A DNA stretch of 61,953 nucleotides, counting the filler. It is 9 parts of 9 records of this genome, joined end to end, with 100 filler letters (N's around TTAATTAATTAA, not from the genome) between each part and the next. Parts side by side here need not be neighbours in the genome. Positions count along the whole stretch, not along the records: positions 20,786 to 41,425 come from SRR11831585_396; positions 41,526 to 46,175 come from SRR11831585_397; positions 46,276 to 51,819 come from SRR11831585_398; 6 more parts are not named here. The stretch is one strand, 5' to 3'. A program made the position numbers and the translations under genes. Positions 35,346 to 46,315 of the stretch are shown here, in pieces (the first letter of the stretch is position 1; every line of letters begins with the position of its first letter). The notes beneath the pieces were generated by a model that worked only from the letters and a program-made list of their open reading frames with translations, ran no database searches and was not told the DNA's origin.

Positions 35346-37637
35346 TTACCCTTCACGTTCTACCACTTTAATTTCCACCATGCCGATCCCGAGCTTACGC
35401 GGCGAGTGTCCGAGGATATTCCCTTCGTTGGTTGAGACAGGTTCCGGCGGCACAATTACCAGTGTGTCGGCATCGGTTGGGTTATCGAAATGCAGTGTGG
35501 TGGTGGTCACTTCATTGCCCAGCACAAGAGTTTGTTCTTCATTGCCTACGCGTACCGGAATAGGACGGCTGGCGTTATTGCCGTATGCTTTGGCGGTAAT
35601 CACCAGGTCAAATTTCTTCGGCAGCGGATGCTTGTACTCGATTTTTACTTCATCGCCCAGCTGCGCGTTGGACCAGCGGCCCCACGACTCCGGACGGGAA
35701 ATCCCGCTAAACTGTTTCACCTCTTCTGGCGCACCGGCGACGTTAAAGATGAAACTGTCGGCTTTGTAGCGAATATCGTTATCAACAATCTTCAGCGTAT
35801 CGACATTGCCTTTGTAACGCGCCATGTCGATGACCGTATCTTTAAATGCCGTTTTGCCCTGCCATGTTGTTTTGTCAACATGCTGAACAATTTGCTGACC
35901 GCCAAGCTGCCCTTGCGAGACACACCAGTCGGTGGAAAGTGCCAGTTCCGGAGCCCAGAGTTGTGCCATCTTGTAGCAACGGTCAACCCAGACGAAATTG
36001 TCGCGTGGAGCGAAATCGGCCAGCTGGAAACGCAGCGGTGCTGAGTATTCGCTTTCCGGCAGCGGTTCCACGCGTTTGTCTGAAACCCGCAACAGCAGCG
36101 GCAAACGGAAATGGCTACCCGAGAAGGCAATCATGTTTTTCTGCTGGTCGATGGTGAACTCTTTCATCTCTTTAGGGAATTTCCACAGGCGGATGATATC
36201 TGGCTTCCACGCCAATGTTTTCTCTTTGATATTGAGGAAGATTTCCGACATCGACTGCCCGGATAAACTGCTACGACCAAGTCCGAGATAGTTATCGCCA
36301 CCGAGAATGTCCAGCACCGTCGCGCCGTTATCCATCGTGTTACGCTTCACTGCCAGCGTCTCTTGCTGCGGCTTGTCGCCACGAATGACAAAAAACAGGT
36401 TATTGCGATCCTGCTTATTGAGGTATTTCCACGCCGTGTTGTTCATCGCTAAATGGTCAGAAGAGACGACGATGACGGTATCTTTAAACCACGGTGACGC
36501 TTTGATTTTGTTGATAAACGTCGCGATGTTCTCCTGGCTGCAACTTACCGCGCTGAATGACTGATTCGGTTTACCGTCAAAATCATATTTTTTGCGGTTA
36601 CAGGTACGAGAGATAAAACCATCCGGGTGATGGGTATCGACTGTCAGGGTAAACAGTGAGAATCGCTGACCTGAGCGGGAAAGCTCTTCAAACTTTTTCC
36701 ACGCTTCATCGAGAACGGTATCGTCGTAGAATCCCCAGTCGTTGCGATAGTGCGGGTCGGCTACCACGCTTTTCAGCTCTTCTGAGCCGTATAAGTGGTC
36801 GAAGCCATGCGACTTCAGGAACACATCTTTACCGGCAAAACGCAGATTCGCGCCCTGCACGAAATAGTTCTGATAACCCGAGTTTTTCAGGATATCTCCC
36901 AGACAGATGTTCTGCGGGAAGAAGCTGGAGACAGAGGCGGAGGCGTTGCCTTCAAAGGGGGCAAACAGCGGTATGCCGCACTGAGAAGCCACCATGCCCG
37001 CAATCGTGTAATCTGTTCCCGGCAGCTGCTGCGTGTGGCTGAAATCCAGGCCTTCATTTTTCAACGCGCCCAGTTCAGGCGTGAGATCCGGGAAAGCCTC
37101 GTTATCAAAATAGGTCCGCTCGAGACTTTCGCCGTAGATATAAACCAGGTTGAGTTTCGGGTCAGGGATAGTTTTCGACGGCTCTTTATAATAAGCCGCA
37201 AAGTCCGGGTCGCCGTCGCGTGACTGGGATTTCACCAGTTCCGTTATCTGACGAAATGCCGGGCTGGCGTCCACCGAACCCAGCGCCAGTAAGAGCGCCA
37301 GCAGGCTGTAACCAAAATGGTGCGGATGATGGCGACGACGGCGCAGGATCCAGCCCAGCGCACCGAACACCGCTGTCAGCCCCAGCACAATGCCGATACC
37401 CGGCAAAATGTATTTGCTGACGCCAGCACCGGTCAGGCTGTTGGTTAAGGTATAGAGAACCGCGTCGTTAATACCATCGCCAGTAAAATAGTCGCTGGCA
37501 AACAGGGTGATATTTAAAACGACAAATAGCCCCAGCACCGTTAACGTGGCTGCAAACCACCAGGTGTTACGTCCCGCTTTCCATGCGTAAATCAGCACAG
37601 AGGCGAGAAAAAGGGCGAAAGAGAGTAGTTCTGACAA
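35346..37637 (-). CDS. opgB: Phosphoglycerol transferase I (MdoB)
   Basis: 763 aa, sulfatase-like YGESLE motif; TTG start. Confidence 0.96.
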   Translation of the reverse strand: MSELLSFALFLASVLIYAWKAGRNTWWFAATLTVLGLFVVLNITLFASDYFTGDGINDAVLYTLTNSLTGAGVSKYILPGIGIVLGLTAVFGALGWILRRRRHHPHHFGYSLLALLLALGSVDASPAFRQITELVKSQSRDGDPDFAAYYKEPSKTIPDPKLNLVYIYGESLERTYFDNEAFPDLTPELGALKNEGLDFSHTQQLPGTDYTIAGMVASQCGIPLFAPFEGNASASVSSFFPQNICLGDILKNSGYQNYFVQGANLRFAGKDVFLKSHGFDHLYGSEELKSVVADPHYRNDWGFYDDTVLDEAWKKFEELSRSGQRFSLFTLTVDTHHPDGFISRTCNRKKYDFDGKPNQSFSAVSCSQENIATFINKIKASPWFKDTVIVVSSDHLAMNNTAWKYLNKQDRNNLFFVIRGDKPQQETLAVKRNTMDNGATVLDILGGDNYLGLGRSSLSGQSMSEIFLNIKEKTLAWKPDIIRLWKFPKEMKEFTIDQQKNMIAFSGSHFRLPLLLRVSDKRVEPLPESEYSAPLRFQLADFAPRDNFVWVDRCYKMAQLWAPELALSTDWCVSQGQLGGQQIVQHVDKTTWQGKTAFKDTVIDMARYKGNVDTLKIVDNDIRYKADSFIFNVAGAPEEVKQFSGISRPESWGRWSNAQLGDEVKIEYKHPLPKKFDLVITAKAYGNNASRPIPVRVGNEEQTLVLGNEVTTTTLHFDNPTDADTLVIVPPEPVSTNEGNILGHSPRKLGIGMVEIKVVEREG

Positions 37638-37890
37638 CGGGCGATCCTCACTAAACCGGGCCGTTTAGCCAACGTTTAAGCTTTTTGAGAAGCACAATGT
37701 AATGGCGTCGCCATATTGCTGCAATTCTAGTGTCAAAAAAATGCGATGTTGTTAGGAATTAGTTTATAAACAGACTTTTTTGATTACGGTCACTTCCCGT
37801 GTAACAGGGGTAAAACCGTCCAGGAGCAGGGAAAAGGGCAGGAGAGAGCCGCGTCAGCCGGGTAACAGCTAAAACGCGGCGTTTCGCGGT

Positions 37891-38385
37891 TCAGGAAATG
37901 AAGTTCAGCCCCTGTTTTAACACCAGATCGCAGGCTTTGGTTTTCACCTTTTCTGCCAGCGGAGTTGTTCCGATGTTATCCAGATTGAGTTGCTGACCAT
38001 CTTTGGTTTTCAGCAAACCCTGAATGCCGTCCAGATAGTTGGTGTCTTCTTTTTGCTCTTCACTGTTCAGGCCCAGCTTTTCCAGCACCTGGTTCTTGAT
38101 GTTTTCGGCATCGGTTACCGACGCCAGCTTTTGCTTCGCGCAGTATTGCAGAATGCCTGCGGCATTGTTCATGTTATCTGCGCTTAAGGCCTGGTTTCCG
38201 CTGCTAAGCAAGTTAGTTAATGACGCGAGCGACCAACCGCCTTCCTGTGTCGTGCTGTTTTGGTTGCCAAGTTCGCTGGCGGCGCTGGAGAGCGCATCTT
38301 TCCAGGACGCAGCATGCACCCCGGTGGAAATTAATGCGCTGGCGGCAATGGCACAGCACAGAAGATGTTTAACAGTTTTCATCAT
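37891..38385 (-). CDS. yjjA: DUF2501 protein
   Basis: Signal peptide, NNAAGILQYC; downstream of dnaC. Confidence 0.92.
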   Translation of the reverse strand: MMKTVKHLLCCAIAASALISTGVHAASWKDALSSAASELGNQNSTTQEGGWSLASLTNLLSSGNQALSADNMNNAAGILQYCAKQKLASVTDAENIKNQVLEKLGLNSEEQKEDTNYLDGIQGLLKTKDGQQLNLDNIGTTPLAEKVKTKACDLVLKQGLNFIS

Positions 38386-38433
38386 CATTACTCAAGGTGG
38401 AATTGTGTCGCAGTATACCGCCAGAAACGGGGA

Positions 38434-39171
38434 TTAATACTCTTTACCTGTTACCCGGCTACGGTAGCTATCCCAGTTGAAGATCACCCACAAACTGTTA
38501 CCCAGGCGCATACGGTCCATCACGCGTTCGCCCAGCAACTTGGTCATCTCTTCCATATTACTGTTGGTCAGCATCCCGGTTGGGCGTTTGGAAGAAGAGC
38601 GGCGATCGACGATCTGGTTGATGATCACTTTTTCGTATTTCGATTCGGTCTGCACGCCGATCTCATCGATCACCAGCAGATCAACGTTGCTCAGATCGTT
38701 AAGCAGTTGTTCTTCGCTGGTACCGCTATTCCTGAAGGTATCTTTCATCGCCGACATAATATCGGCCACGGTGATGATCAATACGGATTTACCGCGTAGC
38801 AGCAGCTCGTTGCAGATTGCCGCCGCCAGATGGTTTTTGCCGGTTCCTGGCTTACCAGAAAAGATGAAGCTGGCGATGTTGCCGTCAAACTCTTCGACAT
38901 ACTGGCGCGCTTTGCTTAACGCATTCATCTGCCCTTCACACTCAACGCGATAGTTCTCAAAGGAACAGTTCTGATGCAGTGGACGAATACCGGAGCGGTT
39001 AAAGGTGCGCTGCATTTTCATCGCCCGATTTTCACGTTCGAGAGCGGCGGAGCGGATCGCTCCTTGTTCTTTTTGCCAGGCCAGTAGTTCTTCACCCGTT
39101 TTGAATGCGGGTTTGATATGGGCAGGCATCATTTTTTGCAGGCGTTGCATCAGGTCGCCAACGTTTTTCAT
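38434..39171 (-). CDS. dnaC: Helicase loader DnaC
   Basis: 245 aa AAA+, GKPGTGKN, LLVIDE. Confidence 0.98.
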   Translation of the reverse strand: MKNVGDLMQRLQKMMPAHIKPAFKTGEELLAWQKEQGAIRSAALERENRAMKMQRTFNRSGIRPLHQNCSFENYRVECEGQMNALSKARQYVEEFDGNIASFIFSGKPGTGKNHLAAAICNELLLRGKSVLIITVADIMSAMKDTFRNSGTSEEQLLNDLSNVDLLVIDEIGVQTESKYEKVIINQIVDRRSSSKRPTGMLTNSNMEEMTKLLGERVMDRMRLGNSLWVIFNWDSYRSRVTGKEY

Positions 39172-39173
39172 CG

Positions 39174-39713
39174 TTACCCTCTGAATCCTGGTGGAATTTG
39201 GCTGTCAGGTTCGCTGACCGTATTCACATCTCGTTTCGGCAGTCCGCCGTTGCTGGCACGACCGATTTGCAGGCTGCGCGCCAGTTTTTGTTGCCACTGC
39301 ACATGGTGAAAGACTTTACCTTCCGCCTGCCAGTAGGCAATGAATGAGGCCAGTTCTTCGGTGGTCACCGGCTCTCTTAGCGCCACGCCCCATAGCGCCG
39401 CCAGGCGGATAAAATCGGCATCGGGTTGCCAGTCCGGATACATGGCGAATTTCCCCATGGGTACAGCAACGGGAGCGGCTTGCGGTTCCTGATAGAGTTG
39501 ATCGTCCAGAGCGACATCGCTTCCCGGACGCGCCAGCTTTTCTTCCAGCGCCAGCAGTTCAGCCAGGCGTGCAGGCGTGACGGCATAAAACGCCGGGGCA
39601 TTGTTAGCAAATACGGCAACCACACCGCCTTCAGCTTTTGCCAGAACGGTTTGGTGATCGTGTACCAGGGCGTCAATACCAACGACGTCCGGGGTCAAAA
39701 CTCTGGAAGACAT
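39174..39713 (-). CDS. dnaT: Primosomal protein DnaT
   Basis: [12 protein letters not shown]...IPPGFRG, 179 aa. Confidence 0.97.
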
Positions 39714-39819
39714 ACTGTTTCTCAAATATGGAACGATGAACGAGAAGGGAGATAACTTTTATAGTAACACACGGAGGAGAGGAGGCTGTCTCTCATCCGT
39801 GTGCTTAAGCGAGGCAATT

Positions 39820-40293
39820 TTATACGCGAGGGCGCTTGCGGTACAACCATAATCCAGGAATGGAAAGACCGATGGATAACGCACCAACAATCGATGAAGC
39901 TGTAAGAAAGTTGGTTAACAGGGTAATCATCAACGGTTCGCTGTAACCTAACTGGCTGATTTTTACCGCCGAAATCATTGCGGTATAAGCCGATATGCCC
40001 GGGAACATAGGGATAACGGCCGCCACGGTAAACACTTTCGGATGCGCCAGATACCAGCGCGACCATTGAATACCAATGGTACCGACCAGCATAGAAGCCA
40101 TAAAGGTTGACCACTCAATATTCAACCCGCTGGTCATCAAGATCATTCGGGAACCATGACCTATCGAGCCAAGCAGCGCACACCAGCGTAACGCCCGCAC
40201 GGGAACGTTGAACACCATCGCAAAGCCGACCGCAGGAATGGCGGCGAGGATCATATCCTGCGCCAACGCTAACAGAAATTCGATCACACCCAT
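39820..40293 (-). CDS. yjjB: ThrE-family exporter small subunit
   Basis: 157 aa, IPMFPG motif. Confidence 0.93.
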
Positions 40294-41054
40294 CCGCGTA
40301 GCCCCCAAATCGTCAGTGCCATCACTACGCCGACGCAGGTAGCCAGTGTCAGCAGACTGGCGATCGCCCAGCGTGCCAGTCCGGTATTGATGTGGCCTTT
40401 AAACATATCGGCGACGGCATTAATCAACGGAAAGCCCGGCACTAGCAGCAGAACGCTGGCGGCCATCGCAATGGTGGGGGTATTGCTGAAAGTGGGGAGT
40501 TGCAAAAGCAATCCGGAAATGGTGGTGGCGGCGAAAGCGGTAAGGCAAAAGTTGATCTGTGGATGAAGATGACGTTGTGCCAGCAGCTGGCGGATATACA
40601 TCGCGGTCGTACTGGCAAAGAAGGTGATGACGGCACCATCCCAGCCACCGTTATTGAGTTTACAGAAACAGGCGCAAGAAAGGCCAACCATTAAGGCTAC
40701 CAGCCATCTTGGGTAACGTAATGGCTGAATTTGGCTAAATCGTTTCTCTACGCCTTTGTAATCCAGCAGATGATGCTCCGCAAGAATCACAATGTGCTGG
40801 ACTTCAGTCACCACATGCATATTAATGCCGCGATCGTGATTTTTACGTGTCGATGTCAGGCATTGCCCATCTTTAATAGTTGTCAGCACTATGGCGTTCG
40901 AAGAGATAGAACTTTCGACGCTGTCCATTCCCAGTGCCCGACCCAGTCGTGAGGAAAGCTCATCAACCAACGCGCTTTCCGCACCATGTTGCAAAAGAAA
41001 TAATCCACACTGGATACAAAGCCGTGTTACGGCTCGCTGTTGCTCAGTTTGCAT
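40284..41054 (-). CDS. yjjP: ThrE-family exporter large subunit (alternative upstream start 41117)
   Basis: [14 protein letters not shown] motifs; overlaps yjjB start. Confidence 0.93.
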
Positions 41055-41425
41055 AACTCGCCCTTTGTCATAGACGTGCTGCGTATTGTTCAGATAATGA
41101 GAATCCATTTGTATCATGAAGCACGGTTGTTTTGCGGTAGGTTAAGATCAAAATTGCGCTGATTAATCCTGGTTATCGGGAGAAGCTCGGTGATAAAAAG
41201 CGAATTATCTCTCGCCGCAAACAAACTATCACATGAATATTATCATCATAATGAATTTATTGTTTGGCCTTTACGAATCAGGATAATAGATAACCGGGCA
41301 CGTTTTTTAATGTTAACAAGCTAAAACCATCAGATTTCATTGAATAAATATTGGTTGTGTGATTTTGCATTCTGCGGGAAGGGATATCATTTAATTATAA
41401 ATTAAATGAATGTGATTTCTGTTTT

Positions 41426-41525
41426 NNNNNNNNNNNNNNNNNNNNNNNNNNNNNNNNNNNNNNNNNNNNTTAATTAATTAANNNNNNNNNNNNNNNNNNN
41501 NNNNNNNNNNNNNNNNNNNNNNNNN
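41426..41525. other. Artificial spacer between two non-adjacent E. coli contigs
   Basis: N44-TTAATTAATTAA-N44. Confidence 0.98.
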
Positions 41526-41789
41526 AAAAACCAATATATTATCCTTAATTATCTATATATTTTCCTATTTTTCAGCGCAAACATTCATGTAATGAATAAT
41601 TATCACCACAAACCACCTCACCAGCACCTTATTATTCACATGATCGTAACTATAAAATTCATTAAATAAATACATCCCAGCAAGTTGGCTATTTCTGAAC
41701 GAGTTATTTATTTACATTCACAAACAGATATATATACTGCTTCAGCTTTTTATTTTAAAAAATAAATTTGTTATTAAGGATATGTTCAT

Positions 41790-42554
41790 ATGTTTTTCAA
41801 AAAGAACCTCACAACAGCTGCTATTTGTGCAGCACTTTCTGTTGCAGCATTCAGTGCCATGGCAACAGATTCAACTGATACAGAATTAACTATCATCGGC
41901 GAGTATACCCCTGGTGCATGTACCCCAGTTGTTACGGGCGGCGGCATTGTTGACTATGGGAAACATCATAACAGTGCGCTGAATCCGACCGGTAAAAGTA
42001 ATAAACTGGTTCAACTGGGCCGCAAAAACAGCACATTAAATATAACCTGCACAGCACCAACGCTAATTGCTGTAACCTCCAAGGATAACCGTCAGTCGAC
42101 CATTGTAGCGTTAAACGACACATCCTATATTGAAAAAGCTTATGATACTCTCGTAGATATGAAGGGAACGAAAAACGCCTTTGGTTTAGGTTCTGCGCCT
42201 AATGGACAAAAAATTGGCGCTGCATCCATTGGTATTGACAGGTCTAATGGTGGGATTCACGCGGCGGACGATACAGGTGAAATTCCTGTCGACCTGATTC
42301 AAACTGACCACTGGTCAGCAGCGACCCCCACATGGAAAGCCTCATCTAATGGCGCATTCTGCTCGCTGACAAGTTGCTCAGCAATCGAGCGCGGTTATTC
42401 TGTTGCAAAAACAGGGGAACTGACACCTGTTGCTATTACAGCGGTCACCTTCCCGTTACTGATTGATGCTGCGGTAAATGACAATACTATTCTTGGTTCT
42501 GATGAAACGATCAAACTGGATGGTAACGTCACTATCAGCGTTCAGTATTTATAA
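41790..42554 (+). CDS. gltF: DUF1120 periplasmic/fimbrial-like protein GltF
   Basis: 254 aa, MFFKKNLTTAAICAALS..GACTP..ISVQYL. Confidence 0.92.
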   Translation: MFFKKNLTTAAICAALSVAAFSAMATDSTDTELTIIGEYTPGACTPVVTGGGIVDYGKHHNSALNPTGKSNKLVQLGRKNSTLNITCTAPTLIAVTSKDNRQSTIVALNDTSYIEKAYDTLVDMKGTKNAFGLGSAPNGQKIGAASIGIDRSNGGIHAADDTGEIPVDLIQTDHWSAATPTWKASSNGAFCSLTSCSAIERGYSVAKTGELTPVAITAVTFPLLIDAAVNDNTILGSDETIKLDGNVTISVQYL

Positions 42555-42726
42555 GAACTTGTAATACAGTTTTTATTTTTACGTCATTAACCAGTTAGCT
42601 ATAACTCGGACAGATTATGCCCTATGACATGGTCTGTCTTAATCAATCTCATCGCAAACAGTGCATAACATATATTAACAATATGTTTCTGCGTTATTTA
42701 TCATTATTACAGGAGTTTTAATTTAA

Positions 42727-43401
42727 ATGCTCAGACACATTACATTCACTGTATTTATAACAACATCAATGAATACCTTAGCCACAGGGATGGTTCCTGA
42801 AACATCAGTATTGCTGGTTGATGAAAAGCGTGGTGAAGCTAGTATTAATATTAAGAATACAGATGATCATCCTTCATTGCTTTACACCACCATTGTTGAT
42901 TTGCCTGAAAGCAATAAATCAATTCGTTTAATCCCGACTCAGCCCGTTATTCGTGTTGAAGCCGGTCAAGTACAACAGGTTCGATTTTTACTTCAGGCGA
43001 CTGTTCCTCTGCAATCAGAAGAGCTGAAACGCGTAACGTTCGAAGGTATTCCACCAAAAGATGACAAGAGCAGCAGAGTTACTGTTTCAATTCGTCAGGA
43101 TCTACCTGTACTGATCCACCCGGCTTCCCTGCCGGAAGAGCGAGAGACCTGGAAATTCCTGGAATGGCGTAAAAATGGCGACCAAATTGAGATTAGCAAC
43201 CCCAGTAATTATGTCGTTCGTATGACCTTACAATTTAAAACGCTCCCTTCAGGAAAAACGGGGGCTATAAATAAGACCTATTTTCTACCACACACCAGTA
43301 CAACTACTGCATTAACAAACGCTACGGATACAAAAGTCGAGTTTTACCCAGCCAGCCGATATGGTTATCGCGGTAATAAATATGTCACTGACTTAAAATA
43401 A
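42727..43401 (+). CDS. yhcA: Fimbrial chaperone
   Basis: 224 aa, PapD-like (RVTFEGIPPK). Confidence 0.9.
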   Translation: MLRHITFTVFITTSMNTLATGMVPETSVLLVDEKRGEASINIKNTDDHPSLLYTTIVDLPESNKSIRLIPTQPVIRVEAGQVQQVRFLLQATVPLQSEELKRVTFEGIPPKDDKSSRVTVSIRQDLPVLIHPASLPEERETWKFLEWRKNGDQIEISNPSNYVVRMTLQFKTLPSGKTGAINKTYFLPHTSTTTALTNATDTKVEFYPASRYGYRGNKYVTDLK

Positions 43402-43421
43402 CTTTGCCTGGAGCGACAAGG

Positions 43422-45803
43422 ATGTTAAAAAAAACGTTACTGGCCTACACCATTGGTTTTGCCTTTTCTCCCCCAGCCAATGCAGATGGTATAGAGATTG
43501 CCGCTGTTGATTTTGATCGGGAAACATTAAAATCACTAGGTGTAGATCCTAATATATCGCATTATTTTTCCCGTTCAGCCCGTTTTTTGCCAGGTGAATA
43601 TTCACTGATAGTATCAGTAAATGGCGAAAAAAAAGGCAACATTGCTACGCGCTTTGATGAAAATGGCGACATTTGTCTTGATCAGGCATTTCTGCAACAA
43701 GCCGGTTTAAAAATTCCTTCTGAAGAAAAAAATGGCTGTTACGACTATATATTGTCCTACCCGGGTACCACAATCACACCATTACCTAACCAGGAAGCGT
43801 TAGATATTATCGTTTCACCACAGGCGATCATTCCCATAGGGTTGGATCTCACAAACGCAGCAACTGGTGGAACAGCTGCGCTGCTAAACTACTCTCTGAT
43901 GAGCAGCCGTGCAGAATTTTCTAATGGGAGTTCGGACTACTCCCAGGCTGCACTTGAAGGCGGGATTAATATTAATGACTGGATGTTACGCAGCCATCAG
44001 TTCCTTACACAAACAAATGGCACATTCAGTAACCAGAACTCGTCAACCTACCTTCAACGTACCTTTACAGATCTTAAAACACTCATGCGAGCAGGTGAAG
44101 TTAACCTCAATAATAGCGTGTTGGAAGGAGCCAGTATTTACGGTATCGAAATCGCACCGGACAACGCATTGCAAACCAGCGGCAGTGGTGTGCAAGTTAC
44201 TGGTATAGCCAACACCTCTCAGGCTCGTGTCGAGATTCGTCAACAAGGAGTTTTAATTCATTCCATTCTGGTTCCTGCGGGCGCATTCACTATCCCTGAT
44301 GTACCTGTTCGCAATGGTAATAGTGATCTTAATGTCACCGTTGTCGAAACAGACGGTAGTTCGCACAACTATATTGTTCCCTCCACCCTGTTTAATCAGC
44401 ATGTAGAAAGCTTCCAGGGTTATCGCTTCGCGATAGGGCGGGTAGACGATGACTATGACGAATCACCTTGGGTAATTAGTGCATCGAGCGGATGGAATCT
44501 GACACGCTGGAGTGCAATGAACGGCGGCGTTATCGTAGCAGAAAATTATCAGGCGGCATCAATCCGGTCGAGTCTGGTTCCCCTGCCCGATTTAACAGTG
44601 AGCAGCCAAATTAGTACATCGCAGGATACGAAAGACTCACTGCAAGGACAGAAATATCGTCTTGACGCGAACTACAATCTCCCATTTTCACTTGGGCTAA
44701 CAACCAGCCTCACTCGATCTGATCGCCATTATCGCGAACTGTCTGAAGCGATTGATGATGATTATACCGATCCGACTAAAAGCACTTATGCGCTTGGTTT
44801 AAACTGGTCTAACTCCATTCTGGGTGGTTTCAACATCAGTGGCTATAAAACATATAGTTACGACGGTGACAATGACTCAAGCAACCTTAATATTAACTGG
44901 AACAAAGCGTTCAAACACGCCACGGTTTCCGTCAACTGGCAGCATCAACTTAGTGCTTCAGAAAATAATGAAGACGATGGTGATCTGTTCTACGTCAACA
45001 TCAGTATTCCATTTGGCAGATCAAACACCGCCACACTGTATACTCGCCATGACGATCATAAAACCCACTATGGTACTGGTGTCATGGGAGTCGTCTCAGA
45101 TGAGATGTCCTACTATGTGAATGCTGAACGAGATCACGACGAACGTGAAACGAGCTTGAACGGCAGTATCAGTTCCAATCTCCATTACACCCAAGTCAGC
45201 CTTGCCGCAGGAGCAAGCGGCAGTGATAGCCGTACTTACAACGGTACGATGTCAGGTGGTATTGCCGTACATGATCAGGGAGTGACCTTTTCACCGTGGA
45301 CTATCAATGACACTTTCGCCATCGCAAAAATGGATAACAATATTGCAGGTGTCAGAATTACATCTCAGGCAGGCCCAGTATGGACAGATTTTCGGGGTAA
45401 TGCCGTCATTCCATCAATCCAGCCGTGGCGAACATCAGGAGTTGAGATCGATACCGCCAGCTTGCCAAAAAATGTCGATATCGGTAACGGCACAAAAATG
45501 ATCAAACAAGGCCGTGGTGCAGTAGGGAAAGTCGGATTCAGTGCGATAACACAACGCCGTGCATTACTCAATATCACACTTTCCGACGGCAAAAAACTGC
45601 CCAGAGGCGTTGCGATTGAAGATAGTGAAGGCAACTATCTGACAACATCAGTGGATGACGGTGTTGTATTCCTCAATAACATCAAACCGGACATGGTGCT
45701 AGATATAAAAGATGAGCAGCAATCATGCCGTATTCACCTTACATTCCCAGAAGATGCACCAAAAGATGTGTTCTATGAGACAGCAACAGGAGAGTGCCAA
45801 TGA
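43422..45803 (+). CDS. yhcD: Outer-membrane fimbrial usher
   Basis: 793 aa from MLKKTLLAY; FLPGEY and PAGAFTI usher motifs. Confidence 0.92.
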   Translation: MLKKTLLAYTIGFAFSPPANADGIEIAAVDFDRETLKSLGVDPNISHYFSRSARFLPGEYSLIVSVNGEKKGNIATRFDENGDICLDQAFLQQAGLKIPSEEKNGCYDYILSYPGTTITPLPNQEALDIIVSPQAIIPIGLDLTNAATGGTAALLNYSLMSSRAEFSNGSSDYSQAALEGGININDWMLRSHQFLTQTNGTFSNQNSSTYLQRTFTDLKTLMRAGEVNLNNSVLEGASIYGIEIAPDNALQTSGSGVQVTGIANTSQARVEIRQQGVLIHSILVPAGAFTIPDVPVRNGNSDLNVTVVETDGSSHNYIVPSTLFNQHVESFQGYRFAIGRVDDDYDESPWVISASSGWNLTRWSAMNGGVIVAENYQAASIRSSLVPLPDLTVSSQISTSQDTKDSLQGQKYRLDANYNLPFSLGLTTSLTRSDRHYRELSEAIDDDYTDPTKSTYALGLNWSNSILGGFNISGYKTYSYDGDNDSSNLNINWNKAFKHATVSVNWQHQLSASENNEDDGDLFYVNISIPFGRSNTATLYTRHDDHKTHYGTGVMGVVSDEMSYYVNAERDHDERETSLNGSISSNLHYTQVSLAAGASGSDSRTYNGTMSGGIAVHDQGVTFSPWTINDTFAIAKMDNNIAGVRITSQAGPVWTDFRGNAVIPSIQPWRTSGVEIDTASLPKNVDIGNGTKMIKQGRGAVGKVGFSAITQRRALLNITLSDGKKLPRGVAIEDSEGNYLTTSVDDGVVFLNNIKPDMVLDIKDEQQSCRIHLTFPEDAPKDVFYETATGECQ

Positions 45804-46170
45804 AACGGATAATAACAGGATGCCTGCTGCTGAACTTCGCCATGGCCGCTCAGGCAGAGTGTAATATCTCCAGTAGCATACAAAATATCGACTATGGCAA
45901 ACGAAGTGCTGCCATGCGCCAAGTTGACCGGGGTAAAACAACACAATTAGCAGACAGAACAATCACGCTGGTAATGCAATGCGATCAGGACGCTCATATT
46001 CGTGTTCAGTTGAATACCGCTAATATTTCCAACAACGGATTTGGATTTGGCCCGAATGGTTCATTAAATCTGATCGCCAGCGATGCATTTTCAGGTAGTA
46101 ACAATCTCGACCTGGCGTTAGCCAGTGGCAAAAATGACAATCCGGGCAGCACAGGAACAGCATCAATTAG
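45800..46170 (+). pseudogene. yhcE: yhcE N-terminal fragment, interrupted by IS5
   Basis: MKRIITGCLLLNFAMAAQAEC..; ends at TTAG followed by GGAAG and the contig break. Confidence 0.8.
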
Positions 46171-46175
46171 GGAAG
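46167..46175 (+). mobile_element. IS5 junction: YTAR target (TTAG) plus first 5 nt of IS5 end (GGAAG)
   Basis: Only 5 nt of the element are visible; the call relies on the known yhcE::IS5 insertion in K-12 and on the contig ending here. Confidence 0.65.
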
Positions 46176-46275
46176 NNNNNNNNNNNNNNNNNNNNNNNNN
46201 NNNNNNNNNNNNNNNNNNNTTAATTAATTAANNNNNNNNNNNNNNNNNNNNNNNNNNNNNNNNNNNNNNNNNNNN
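46176..46275. other. Artificial spacer; E. coli-to-eukaryote boundary
   Basis: N44-TTAATTAATTAA-N44. Confidence 0.98.
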
Positions 46276-46315
46276 TCGTAGCGCGCGAACGTGAGCGGTC
46301 TGACGTGTGCGGTAG

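Noticed and set aside
20686-46275. Horizontal transfer of a bacterial defence, chemotaxis and fimbrial island into the eukaryote
   Set aside because: No real junctions, no introns, intact E. coli regulatory sites and laboratory-strain-like lesions; contamination is simpler.
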